A stretch of DNA of 64,000 bases from Daphnia carinata (Eukaryota). Position numbers and translations under genes: made by a program. Positions within the stretch are counted from its first letter, which is position 1; every line of letters starts with the position of its first letter. The stretch is from positions 5,270,001-5,334,000 of the forward strand of contig NC_081332.1 of NCBI RefSeq assembly GCF_022539665.2, read 5' to 3'. The notes beneath the pieces are model-generated. The model did not search any database, had not been told where the DNA came from, and saw nothing but the letters and a program-made list of their open reading frames with translations. This document shows, one piece after another, positions 14,801-28,231 of this stretch.

Positions 14801-16051
14801 TTAAAACATTTTAATTCGCAAATTTATGACCACGAGAAACTGAAAATGTGCGACAAAAATGTTGCCATGCTAATTTTTCAGCAACAAAATCCTCAGGCTA
14901 AGGAATTCTTTTCGTGAAGAAGTTCGCCGTTTTAAAAATAATCAGCAAGTACAGGAAAAAAAAAAAAAAAAAAAAAGCCAGAACAAGTTTAGCCTTGATT
15001 GCTGGATATGGGCGTCATCTTCAGCTTCAACGTGTGGTTCTCATCTGGAAAATTGCAGATTACTATCATTTGGGAACTTGCCTGTTTTTGACGGAGGAAA
15101 ACAAAAATATGAATTGATCCAACCCAAAGCACGAGATGTAAAACATCGTGTAGCTAGGCGAAATGAAATTAGCTGTTTTTGTTCGATGCCACTGACCATC
15201 ACGGGCTGTCTCCCCCGGAATTCTTTGTTTTCACGTTGTCCAGCCCAAGGCGAATGGTGAAAGCCTCGCTTAATATTTGGTGGTTAACTATGGGAAAACA
15301 TGACAGGCCGGCGGTCGTGAATCCTCCAACGAACATACGATAATTTTTCGAGATAGCCTGAAGGAGAAGGATAAAAATTGCTTTGCTTGTCTGATGCAGG
15401 TCTAACTCTTTCGTAACCATTTTGTTTTACATTGTTGTGAAAATACGAATTCCTACGCCATCTATCCGTCGTAGAGTATACTATTTCAAATTTTGGCTAA
15501 AACTAAATTACCTCAGCAGAAATCACATCAAGCAATACAACAGACAAAGGGAAGGGCAATTTTGCCATCAAACTCCATGTTCTTGACCCGATTGGTGACT
15601 AATGTGCTCTCACGATATCTCATACTAGTACTACGACTTTTTAACGTGACTGACGCCACACATCATCAGATTAATCCTTCCGGCTTCACGTAATTTTGCG
15701 GCCTCGTTTCACAGCCCGGCGGAGTGTACAAACCCCTAATGAGTCACGTGTTTATCATCAATCGTTTTGGCATTGATATGCACATTTTTTTAGCTTTTTT
15801 GCTAATAATTTGAGGCCTTGGTAAATAAAAAAAAAATAGGAGGTAAGAAACCAGTTGAAAACAAGATTTTCCATTGTACAAGCGTTAGCAGAAGGTAAAA
15901 ATTTCTTGCAGTTTAATTGAGTTCCAATGGTAGTAACTAAAAAGAATTTGTCGGTAAAAACATTCTTTCTTAATCAACACTTCTTTGAATTCTATGGTAA
16001 AACAAAAACTTTTCGACTCCAATAGGAAAAATACAGCCAAAATTTGATATA

Positions 16052-16124
16052 CGACCCTGCCAGGGATCGAACCTGGAATCTCTTGATCCGTAGTCAAGCG
16101 CGTTATCCATTGCGCCACAAGGCC
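16052..16124 (-). tRNA. tRNA-Arg(ACG)
   Basis: GGCCTTGTGGCGCAATGGATAACGCGCTTGACTACGGATCAAGAGATTCCAGGTTCGATCCCTGGCAGGGTCG: 73 nt cloverleaf, ACG anticodon, A and B boxes, T-runs downstream. Confidence 0.97.
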
Positions 16125-16666
16125 ATAAAATCAATGTGTACTAAAACTCAAGTGAAAGATGGAAGATTTCCAGTTTTTAGGGGTAAGCGTTCCATTGCTT
16201 GACTACTCGTGAATTTTATTTTTCTCATTTAAAAATCACATAACAGGCAAATTGCAACAGCAGACTCACGCATAATGAGAGAAATCAATTTTAAATTGAC
16301 AATTTATTACTAGTGATCTACGGGAGGTTCAGTTTTAGTAATCTTATAACGTGCGACAAAACACAACAGGCAGGTGTGAACACACTAGGGGAGATAAATA
16401 CATTTTACTGTATTCTTTTTTGTGTGTGAAGTCATTTCGCATGAAAAACGAAGAGAAAATGTTAAATAATTCTGTATACAGAGCTGTGAGAAAATCAATA
16501 GTAAATGAAGAGAATAATTTGGTTACAGTTAGGAATTTGAAAATCCGAGTGCACAACATTGTCAATACTACATCTCCGTAAGTAAATTCTATTTCACACA
16601 TTTAATTAAACAACCTAAAAAAAAAAAAAACGTCCCTGGCAGGAAGGTAGAAAGGTCAAATTTCGG

Positions 16667-19165
16667 TTAAGGTCGATTTTGATTAAGATTTGATAGATAT
16701 AGGTGTTTTAATTCAATTTTAGGGTGGTGTTCAAAGAGAGCGGCTCGATTTTGGCCTTCGCCTTTCTTCACCCAATGCGCGTACACTCGGAACGCACAGG
16801 CATCGATCACCTAAACCGAATTCGATATTCGTTCAAAAACCAAAAGCCATTTGCATTGGTGCAGAATGTTCAAGAAGACGCTGTTTAGATTGTTACCTTT
16901 CGAACTGCTTTCATGCGATAAGGATCACGGCGAGCGACCATGATGGACAGAGGTTCAGGAGTCAATTTCAACCGTCGGATGCGGACCATTGACTGAACGC
17001 ATAAAATACCGAAGCGGAACATCCGACGTGCGTTAAATACTCGACCATGGTAGTGCTGTCAATAACACAAAGATAAATTAGACAATAATAGACAGACAAT
17101 GCGAAACAACCAAATTACTATAATAAGATAAATAACATTTTTAAAAAATCTTATGATGGAAAACATTGGTCGTTAAGTGGTCTTAGCGAAAGGCAAGTGA
17201 CACAGCTAACGTTCCAGGTTTCACGGCGGGTATTATTTTGATCAAAAACACAGTTGGGAGGAGAGTCTGAAGAAGTAGGAACTCACGGTCGTTCCAGGTG
17301 CTGCTAACCCAGTCGACGAAGAAAGAATGCTGAAATCATCGGGTCGCTGCCACCACAAATCCCCACAAAAGAACACAGCAGGCAAATGCAGCGCATGTTG
17401 ATTTTTTGTTTGTTTTTTTGGTTCGAGGTGGGCAACAAGAATAAATTAGTGAAAGTACTTCACACAATCCTAATGAGTTACGTAATACGACGACGATCAA
17501 TTTTCAAATTGACAATAAGTTTAGTGGTAACTGATGCACAAAAATAAAAAAGAAGAAAATAAAGGAAGGGCCTATACATGCTAGACACTGACGATTTCCG
17601 TTATTAAACGCGGAAAAGCCGAAAACGCGTTTCTACAGGCTATTTTATTGCACTACATGGATGGGGAAAGCTTTCCGCATGGGGAGAGAAAACGCAAGCT
17701 TGATTCTACTTCTTTCAAACTCGTTAAGCCAAAAAGCGACAACACGGGACAGTGGAGTCGAAGGATGCAGGGGGCATTTAACTAATTATTACTAATGATA
17801 ACATGGATAAATGGCAAAGCTAGACACATAACTTACGAGAACTTGGAAAAATTCGTGTTTAAGTGCTTCGTCCACTGTGAGACGTCGCTTGGGGTCAAGA
17901 ATGAGGAGCTTAGAGATGAGATCTTTAGGAGCATCTGGCCGATAAATTTCGAATGCGTTAAAGTTTTAAAAACAAAAAAGTGAATAAAATAAAAGAATAG
18001 AAAAATACCTGTGATATCATCCCACTCGGGGGAAGTAAAGCTATAACGGCCCTCCATAATATTGCGAAGCATTATCATTTGCTTCCGATGCCAAAATGGG
18101 GGGCAGCCAATCAGTCTGTAAAAATATCATCAGTATTTTGCTACCAAACCGACATGAGCTATCCTAATTATATAACTTACAGGGTAAACATGATGACTCC
18201 ACACGCCCACCTAACATATCAGATTGTAGGCATTAATAAAAAATAAAATTTTATTTCATTATTTGGTAAGATCTCACATATCAACTTCCTTGCTGTAGCC
18301 ATCAAATCCCTCAAACATATTTGACTTCAGAAGCTCAGGGGCAAGGTATCCTGGTGTACCAACCAACTCTATTGATGTTTGATTAATGATCAAAATAGTG
18401 TTTGGCTAAAATTTAAGAATAAAATTTACCAAACAACTTTTCTCCAGGTTGAAGTATCCTTGCAAAGCCAAAATCTGTTAATTTTACATTCAAATTGTCA
18501 TCTAAAAGAATGTTTTCTGGCTTAAGATCACGATGTACAATGTTCATTCTGTGAACATGTTGTAGGGCTTCAAACAATTGTTTCATAATATACCTGTACA
18601 CAAAATTCATAATGCAAACATTACCAAATAATATAACAAGAAAGGTATACTTTGTTTTCTTCTCAGAGAGAGTAACAACACTGGTGAGGTAGTCAAAAAG
18701 CTCTCCATTTCGGCACAGCTCAAAAACAAGAAATATGAAGGTTTCCGATTCAAACACATCATGAAGTTCAACTATAAAAGATCTTGGTATTAAAGTTGTG
18801 TGTTTTGCATTTTTCTATTTTTTTATTTTTTACTTATGTAAGGATGTCCTGCTACTCTTCGTAAAATGGCAATTTCCCGTAAGGTAGATTCTCTCATGGC
18901 AGGTCCTTCAGTTTCTGATGGATCACCATTTATGTCCATAATTTTACAGGCATACTCTCTTCCTGTTTCTTTTTCAACGCATCTTCTAACTGTTGAACTA
19001 ACGCCTCTGTAAAGAATAACTTGGTCGTTTAAAGACGTAATTGTAGCGTTAAGCGTGATATGGTTGAATGCACCTTCCAAGGATCTCTTTGGGTTCATAC
19101 TTCGCGTAGAACTCTTTGGCTACGTCCTTATCCGGTAACACATCGTCTGTTTCGTCTCTCGCCAT
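16667..19165 (-). CDS. PhKgamma: Phosphorylase b kinase gamma catalytic chain (multi-exon)
   Basis: [57 protein letters not shown], and a C-terminal calmodulin-binding region [36 protein letters not shown]; stop at 16667-16669. Confidence 0.95.
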
Positions 19166-19618
19166 CGGAGATTAGAAGTACAACTAAAGAATATTTTTTT
19201 TTCTTGTACCAGGATTTAACTCGGATCAGAGGAATCGTATACGAACTCTAAGGTACAGTACTTGTTAAGGTCGTCTGGCTGGTATGTGGTTTAGGCAAAA
19301 CAAAGTCAGCCAAAGTCACGACATCTATGTTGAAAAGCTGTATTATCCCTCTTAACATATCACAAGTTATGACATTATCACGTTTGCGATCTTAACTTTG
19401 TCCGGTGAAATAAAAACCCAAAATAAAGGATGAAAGATAAATAGGAAAATTAAAAACAGCGAAACATAATTTTGCATTGGTTTTTTTTATGGTCTGCAGT
19501 ATCAGGTTTGAAAGAGTCGATCTCAATAACATTTTTGTCACGAAAATTGGAAACCAATTTATACAATACAATATATAATAGGAGGCATCTATGTTAAGGT
19601 ATGGGCCCTGTAAGCAAG

Positions 19619-21177
19619 TCAGAAAAGCTGGACAAGATATGAGGTACTGCCATCTTTCCATTTGGGATCTTCGGCGACCGTTGAACGACACATCGGGCAT
19701 GTTCTCTCCCTATCCAGCCACATCGACAGGCAATCCTCGCAGAATATATGTTTGCAAGAAAGGAACGTAGGCTTTCGGTAGCTATCATGACAAATGGGGC
19801 ACATTGGGCCTGCATCTTGTAGTTGTTCATTGGTAGGAAGGCTTCCATAGCACTAGATGAATGACCAAAATAACAGGAATAAATTTTAGCAAGACAAGTT
19901 TTAGAAGACATAAGCTTACTGTGCTTTGAAAAAGTTTTGACACTGAGAGCTTCCATTTGGTTACAAGTTTGACAGCCCTATAAGCTTTGCAGGTCAAATA
20001 AATCCCACACAGGCAGACTCCAATGAGGGTATCGTAATAATACAAGCTTGAATTTTCACTTGATTGACTGGTTAGAAGGTAGTGAATCCATGGTGGGACT
20101 GCAGCTAGGGCTCGGTAAAGGTGAGACGATCTTTCAACGAAGGCGAAATATTTCCCCTGAACGCAATATGAATCGAGAGATTCTAAACCGACAAGTAACC
20201 AACAAATGCTTTAAGTTTCATACCCGGTGTGAAATAGGAAAAAATCCTAGTGGAAACGAAACTAGCAGTCCTTTTAAAAAGACTGTAAAAAGTTTCAGGA
20301 TATGATCAGTTGTCGTCACGACCCAAAGCAAATTGGCCAATGACAGCGGCGCAGAATTCGGCGGGAAAACCAAAAGGCTAGTCGAAGTAAGCAACTTTTA
20401 TGAGTTATACCACTAATTAAACAGATTTCTTTGATAACAAACCTGTGGTAAAATTCACTGTCACCGCACAGGAAGTGCACTAGTAAGGTGCAGGCAACAA
20501 TGTTTACGGTTATTATTCCCAAGGGTTTCAGTTCCCTTTTGCCTTGTTTAGCAACTTCTCTCTGTACAGTCCTATCAGCATGGATAAAAGTCACAACCAA
20601 TGCCAAAATAACAAGTATATCTGAAACATTAATTTAAATTGGATAAAAAAATATCAGCTATTTAACAACAAGTGATTTATGTACCTGAGGTGTGTTTGTA
20701 AATTTCCTTAAATAAAATTAGAATTAAAAAAGGAATGTAAGTCAGAAGTGTTTGCAGAACACCATACATCTCTGGATTCTGTTCCAGAAATAGGTTGATA
20801 GCTGAGAAGGGATTAGTTGACACATTGGTTGCTGGTTGGGTTGTAGGAGAACTGGGAAGGGTGTGCGCATTTGAAGGTGACTGGTTCAAAATGGGACTGT
20901 CTGAACTAGATATGTCTACAGCGGTTTCAATGTTAGTGGCTGGTTGTCCTTGACCACTGGGCTGTGTTAAACTTTCTCTCTGCCGTGCTGGCAATCTCTG
21001 ACCTTGTAGCCATTGTGACAGTACAAGTTGCTGACTGTTTCCTTGCTGAATTTGGAATCTCCAAGTAGGACTATAATATAAAGTAAATTATGCAGTTAAC
21101 AAAGTGGATTTCACAATGCTGTACCTTCCAAATGTTAACTGGAAAGGTGAAGTTGGTGGTGGTGGTCTACTTGCCAT
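19619..21177 (-). CDS. RNFT: RING finger and transmembrane domain-containing E3 ligase (RNFT1/2-like)
   Basis: Low-complexity N-terminus, several hydrophobic exons, and a C-terminal C3HC4 RING CPICHDSYRKPTFLSCKHIFCEDCLSMWLDRERTCPMCR followed by WKDGSTSYLVQLF. Confidence 0.9.
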
Positions 21178-21842
21178 TCCTTCTTCTGGAAATAACCTAG
21201 AAAATTGTAGGTCACTGTTAGGAATCTATACAAATTGTAAAAATGAAACATCCTTAACCTGATCAATTGCAAAAATTTAATTTAGTAATAGAACGCTTCA
21301 TTTCATCAAATAACGATTCCTAGTTGCCGAATCTTCTAGCAGATGATTGTTTCTTTCCTGGAATTCGTTACAAGGGTTACAGAAAGAAACGGTAAATTTT
21401 TTAAATACCGAAAATAGGCCAAAAGTCACTAAAGTCTTGAAAGATTAAAGTGCTATGAAAAACACGTTCGATGCTAGATAAACGTTGCGTCAGCTGAGAT
21501 ATTTTTGATAACTTTTGTTAGCTCGCAGCACTTTACTCTGAAAAGCTACATTAGGTTTATCTGGAACCGTACATTTGTTATTGCTTAAGAACGTATCTCG
21601 AGCTCGCCCGTCATCTGCAACGTGAGGGTGCCATATTGCGTCTCTAGATGTCGCCTTGGCGGTTTCCGGTTTCTTTGTATTTCATATTAGTGGCAATCCT
21701 GCTGTCAAAAAATTTAGGCGCGAATGGATTCACATCGAACAGATCTGTGTAAGGTTGAAAGCGAAACTTTGTTGCTTACGAGTAATTTGTCATTTCAGTA
21801 TATTGCTTGTTATCCTTGTCTACACTTCACATTTAATTTATC

Positions 21843-24800
21843 ATGAAGAAACCATTGAAAAAGGATGTCTACAGCCTTGGTAGACACAAAGTTATTGAGT
21901 GTGATAAAACTGAAAATGCCCAGGAAGTGAGACTTGTTGTTTCCCCTATTGACGAAACTCAGAGATGTAAGAAGATTTGCATTCTAAGAGACTTCTGGTA
22001 GTAAGAAATGTTATACATAATTTTAGTGTGATGGTACAGTTTATTTTTCCTTTCACATAGGCTAAACACATTTGTCAATATGGGGGATGTAATTCACATC
22101 CATGCTGATTGGTATGAATCCTTTGACGAAAATTTTGAAAGCTATGACTTAGCTATAATTGACTGTAGAAGTGGTCTAATTGTTGTCAAACCAGATCTGC
22201 TAATATCAGGAACCTCAGTTGTTTCCTCCCTCTTTTGTCAGCGTAAAGCTGTGCTCTCTGAGAGATTTCGTGGTATTGAGCCCACCAACCAGGTTATGTT
22301 AAATGGAACTCTGGTTCACCGCCTTTTACAAAAAGTATGTATTGGTTATCCTGAGTGCTTGTACAAACAGATAAATTTGTATGTGCAATTTTATTAGGCT
22401 TTAATTGGAAAATTCTACGACACTCCTTCTCTGAATCAAATCGCCGACGCGTTACTCAGTGATCCCGCAACGATTCATGATCTCTATGGAGCCAATATAC
22501 TGAAATGTAATCTGAAAGAAAGTATTTCGGGTTATATCCCAATGGTCAAGACTTTTATTGATAAATACGTCGTCGATACAAGTCCATACCTTCCGCATGA
22601 AACTGATACGAAAAAGATAGCAAGCAAAAACGGAAAATATGGCAATCCTCCGACATTTTGGGATGGTCACATTGACACTGTCTGCGATGTAGAAGAAAAT
22701 ATGTGGTCACCATGGCTCGGCATCAAGGGGAAGGTCGATTTCACCGTGAAGGTTGTAAATCATTTATACTTTACGAATTTTGATTAAGAAGTTAGTCTAT
22801 ATTAATATCACGGAAAACATTACACAGGTGAATGATAAAAAGTTGGGTAAAGTTAAGATGCCTTTAGAGTTGAAGACTGGGCGGTCTTCTTTCTCAGCAG
22901 AACACAAAGGACAGGTTACCTTATATTCAATGATGATGAATCAACAGAATGGCATAAAGAAAGTTACAGATCCTAACAACCCAGGTGGCTTATTACTTTA
23001 CCTCAAAGACGGTGCCATTCAGCATGTTCCTGCAGGACACAACGAAAAACAGGGTCTCGTTCAGCTGAGAAACGAAATGGTCAAATATTTAACCTCTCCT
23101 ACCTCGATTTCGGAAAGCGGAGAAATATCCGAAGCTCCACTTCCCACGCGCATTGATCGCGTGAACCAGTGCAACTCCTGTCCGTTACGAGTTGAATGCA
23201 CCATTTATCAGGTTAGATTTAAATTCCATTTTAACTTAAGCGGTAACCGAGGTTAAACAGTATAAGGTTTCCAAAAGATTGCTGAAGATAGCGCTAACGA
23301 AACACCGTCGTCAATGCCTTTACCGTTAGAGTCGGTTGATCATTTAACGTCTGCACACCAAAACTATTTTTTACACTGGTCAAAGATGCTGCGGCTCGAA
23401 TTTGAAGAAACTCAGGCTCGATCTCGCTCAATAAGCGATATTTGGTGCATTGATCCGCTTGACAGAGAATCTCAAGGAAATTGTATCAGTTATTTACAGG
23501 TACTTCTACTGCTCGTTTATTAACCAACGTAACGTTCGTTAATTTGAGGAAAAAAAACATTTATTAAACAGGTCGAACATTGCCTAGCGTCCCAAAATCC
23601 GACATCTGAATTAAACCAATATTCAATCAAACTTGTTCCAGCTAATCGTAATTATCTGCCCACGCGCATTTCCTTGCAACGAGGTGACAGTGTAGTACTC
23701 AGCACAGATAAAGAGGTAGCTGTAGCTACTGGCTGTCTGATTGATATCAGTGCTAGTTCCGTTACCGTATCGACCGACAGGAATGTCCACAATTGGGATC
23801 GTAATTACGAGGTGAGAAGTTTCGTTTAAATTTAAATAAAGGCCTACTTTCAACAAATTTTTGGTTCTCGTACGTCCTTACGGCAAAGTTTTACATAATA
23901 AAAACCTACAAGCTAATTCATTTCGTTTTTTCCATAGGTACTTCATTTGGACAAAATGGAATATCAAGGCGGACAAACTCTTTTGTATGCTAATCTCAGC
24001 CGCTTGATGGCAAATAATGCAAATGCGGCCAAACTCAGAGAGTTGGTCATTGACCAAAGGCTTCCGGTTTTCAAAGCTGGATTGCCAAAATCGCTGCTTG
24101 AAGTGTTGTGGCCTGTTTTAAAGCCCTTGAATGCATTTCAGAGGAGGGCTGTCCTAAAAGCTCTAACCTGCGAAGACTATTGCCTCATAAATGGTCTACC
24201 AGGTACTGGAAAAACTTCTCTCATCGTGGCGTTGATACGACTGGCCGTCCTTCTTGGTCAGTCTGTACTCTTGACCAGCTACACCCATTCTGCTGTTGAC
24301 AACGTCTTGCTCAAACTTGCCCAATTCAATGACGTCGAATTTCTTCGCATTGGACGGGAACACCGAACCCACCCTGCCATTTTGCCTTTTAGTGCAGAAG
24401 TTAAAACTCAAAATTGTCATACCGTAGAGGAACTAGAAACTGTTTACAAGTATATCTACTTCAGCTATATCTGAAATTAAAGTTTAATTTACTCCATATC
24501 TGGCATAGCGTACCTGTGATAGCAGCCACTTGCCTTAGTGTCGGACATCCGGCTCTGATTCGCCGCAAATTTGACTTGTGCATCGTCGACGAAGCTGCGC
24601 AAGCTTTACAATTGGCTGTTCTTGGACCCCTAACAGCTGCCAAAAAATTCGTTCTTGTTGGCGATCCACTTCAACTTCCACCAGTCGTCCAAAGCCGAAC
24701 TGCCAAGTAAGGATTTATTTTTTTAATTCCTTTAAGAAAACAAAGTTTGAAAAGCGATGGTGTATTTTAATTTCAACCCGAAATTTTTCGTCAGAAATGT

Positions 24801-27702
24801 AAAGGATGGGATGGGAGGGATTTGATTAAATTCAAATTTTGTTTATGGTTGCGATGTTGTCTCTTCAAGAACCCGCGATGCTTTTTACCAAGACCGCACT
24901 ACCACTGGTCCGTAAGGCGAAACATGAGGCGCATAGTGGTATGAAGAATAGGGGTAAGGCGCGTAGGCGTATCCGTACGGGTTGATCCCTAGTGGAGCTG
25001 TTGCAACTGCGTTTCAATAACAGTAAGATAAATAAGATAAGTCGTTCAAACAACATTAAAATTGAGTAGCGTTTTACCTGGAGCAACGTGGCCACCGGCA
25101 AACTGTACCACCGTTGGCTGCTCAACTGTTTGCGTTAAAGGGAAATGCTAAGTCACGATGCTTTATGCATGATTTATTTTATTTTTTTTTTCAAAATTAA
25201 AAGTGACTCACCTTTCACCGAAGCCGTGGGGGCAACAACATGAACAGGTGCAGTGGCTACTGGAACTGGTGCCGCAGCAACTACCAAAGGATTTGATCAT
25301 CTAGTAGAATAATAAAACACAAATTTCTATTCAAAGATTTTACTTACCAGCAATGGGGACGTGGCTGATAGGCAATTTAGGTGCTTTTCCCACAAGAGGT
25401 AGAAGGGGTCCATTAGATGGCGCCAAAGAAGAGCGAAAGCCATTCTCATCCGCGACGTAGTTGTTAGTCACGATACTTCCATCCGGGTTTGCGTAACTGT
25501 AATTTTACAATCAGCTATGTTTCCCTTTCTTTGAAAATCAAATTAATTTCTGTACCTGTACGATCCACGGACGATACCGAAAGCATCCTTAGTCTCGCTT
25601 CGCACCTGGTTGGGATCTTGATGACCGAAAGCGTATTGGCCGAGCTCATTTTGCGCATGATATTGGCTTTGAAAGCCTACAGGAACAGCCCCATACTGTA
25701 CATAGGTTGGGTTGGGGACAGCTTTCGCTGCAGCAAACACAAGAACAACGCAAATCTGCTAAGACAATGTGATTAGTTTGGAACTAGAAAATTTTTTTTA
25801 ATTGCTTGTTAAATGAGAAACATACCACGAATTTCATCTTCGTAGAGGAGGCAAGTTGGGCGTATGGGATCTGATGTGGGACTGAGCGTAATACCATCCG
25901 TTTCATGCCCTTTTTTTATACCGGTGCGTTAGTTTTTCGATCTCGATCCTCCCTTTTCTTTAAAGAAAACAAAAAAATGAATCATCACAAAACAAATTGT
26001 AAGCGTTAAACTCCTCCTCTATATTTGGGCGCAACTGAAGGCAGAAGTTATTGTGCTACAGTTCTTTGCGCTCCGCTGAATCTTCAATTTTGTTGTTTAC
26101 GCCTTTCTTGGTTTAACCTTGAATCTTCGTGCACATAGTCATTTCGTTTTATTGTTTGGGTTCCGGAATTGGAGATTAAGTATCGTGACGAATTTTTACA
26201 TCCCATTTTTTTGTTGTTGTTCGTGAATTATGCGTAAATGGACGTTCATATCCACGTGAAAAGTAATAGTAACAATTTATTTTATGATATTTGTATGGCT
26301 GCCGCATGCAGTTATCCCCGAATTAATTGAGGCCGTTTACCGGCAGATGCGCAGTCCATTAAAGTCAGCGCGACAAACGAAACTATTAAACATTTATTAG
26401 CCATTATCTGGCGACGTCTTTGAAGTGAGTCACGGTCAAGATCCGCATTCGCACTTGCGTTGTTAGATACTCGTAAAAATTTTTGGCCAGTTGGTTTTTC
26501 CCCAGTTAAAAATATGTTTGTTTTCTACCATATTTCCGGGTCACGTAAAATAATTGTTCTACCCTTGAAATTCCAAAACTTTGTTTGAAACAATTTTCAC
26601 GTTAGCTTAATCTTGTTCATTTCTTTTTTGCTCCGCAATAAATAAAGAGCGAAAAGTAAGACCCTATTTGGCAGTGAGGCCCTTGACCCTTGGAATTGCC
26701 TATGATCTCATGGGAGACGCCCAACGTCGTGATAAAGCTTTCTCACGAAAATATTTACGGATCTTCTCACAGTTCTCTCCACTGATTTTAACTTGCCCTT
26801 TTTTTTAAAGATTTCAATCATTTCCAAACTCTTGGTGTTAGGATGTTTCCGGATATTCATAGTAAATCGCCTTAAGGAATTATTCCGTGTTCACGACTTG
26901 GTCTAAATTTATCATTTTTTTTCACAGATCTTTGGGAATGGATGAATCACTGTTCGTGCGGCTGAGTCGAGTGACACCCACAGCCGCTGTAACCCTCAAG
27001 CTTCAATACCGGATGTGCGGCCCGGTCAATATTCTGGCCAATAAATTGACGTACGGAGGCGAGCTGGAGTGTGGCAATGAAGCCATCGAGCTGGCAACGC
27101 TCCAATTGCCTTCTCTTACTTCCATCGAACAGGAATATGCTGATCGACCATGGCTTCTCTCGGTCATTAAACCTGGATTACGTCATGCTGTTGTCTTCCT
27201 CGACACAAGCTTGTTGGGTGCTATCAAAGCCAATCATTCGGAAATCGAAAGTGATGAGAGCACCAAATCGCCAGTTAATCATTTGGAAGCCAAATTGGCT
27301 CTACTTATTGTTAAGGCGTTGCACGGCAGCGGCTTACCTTACGACCAAATGGGAATTATCGCACCTTACCAGTCGCAGGTGCAGCATTTGAAGAAGATGA
27401 CGATTGACACACCCGAATTAGAGATCAACACAGTTGATCAGTACCAAGGTCGTGATAAAGAAGCCATTATTTACAGCTGTACTAAGAGTGAAAAAGATGG
27501 CGAATCAACTGTCGCGGAAGGCACGCAAACAATTTTGCATGACATAAGACGTTTGACTGTAGCCCTGACGCGAGCCAAGCACAAACTGATTGTCATCGGT
27601 GACAGTGAAACTCTTCAGCGGTATCCGCCTTTTGCGAAACTCCTAAACTCGCTGGAAGCGTCGCAGCGCTATCAACTGTGTCCCGGAAAGGATCAAATTT
27701 GA
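21843..27702 (+). CDS. DNA2: DNA replication ATP-dependent helicase/nuclease DNA2 (multi-exon; large intron 24707-26927; start codon uncertain)
   Basis: LISGTSVVSSLFCQRKAVL, EENMWSPWLGIKGKVD, PLELKTG nuclease motifs; Fe-S cluster CNSCPLRVEC; Walker A GLPGTGKT; VDEAAQ; LVGDPLQLPP; TVDQYQGRDK; RRLTVALTRAK. Confidence 0.95.
24885..25837 (-). CDS. Cuticular protein with a Rebers-Riddiford chitin-binding domain, nested antisense in a DNA2 intron
   Basis: A 4-codon first exon MKFV then a signal peptide; QYHAQNELGQYAFGHQDPNQVRSETKDAFGIVRGSYSYANPDGSIVTNNYVADENGF is the R&R consensus; Ala/Pro/Val and Tyr-rich tail; TATAAAA at 25920-25914. Confidence 0.92.
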
Positions 27703-28231
27703 GTGCCTTAGCATGATCTCTTAGGTTCTTAGATTAATCTTGCCAAACTTGTGAAATAGCCATTTCGTTTTAGAATTTCCAGTTTTCGTTTTAAATGTTT
27801 TTGTATGATCGCTAATTTTCTTGCTCAAATTTTTGCATTTTGGAATTCTTTTTTTAGAATTTTAGTTTTTTTAAAAACTCCGCATCTCATTAGCTTTAGT
27901 TGAAAAATTTCTTGCCAATTTTCAAACTTTAAATCAGGACTCTGTATACACTTTTTTTTTTAGTAATTCCGTGGGGAGAATAAATTCAAATGAAATCGAA
28001 GTGGGTTTGTTTATAAAGCGATTTTGTATTTTTGTTCATGCAAGGACACGATTCGTCATCCATTGTATTTTAACTAAATGAAAGGATGCGAGGGATGTTT
28101 TCGATTTTTTTTTCTTGTTTGATAAGCGATACGCACCCTCAACGATTTAATTGTAGTCTTCCGAGTATGTGAGATAGGACTAAATCTTGTACAGAGTAAG
28201 ATATTAGTTTGCTGTTACTCGTTGGAACAGA

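Noticed and set aside
4976..15693. Many 60-180 aa ORFs in the dumpy intron and upstream flank
   Set aside because: They are Phe/Lys-rich translations of poly-T/A tracts, mostly with non-ATG starts, and show no domains or exon chains.
18594..18650. U12-type intron in PhK-gamma (donor GTATACCTTT)
   Set aside because: It deviates from GTATCCTT and has no TCCTTAAC branch point; treated as an ordinary 57 nt intron.
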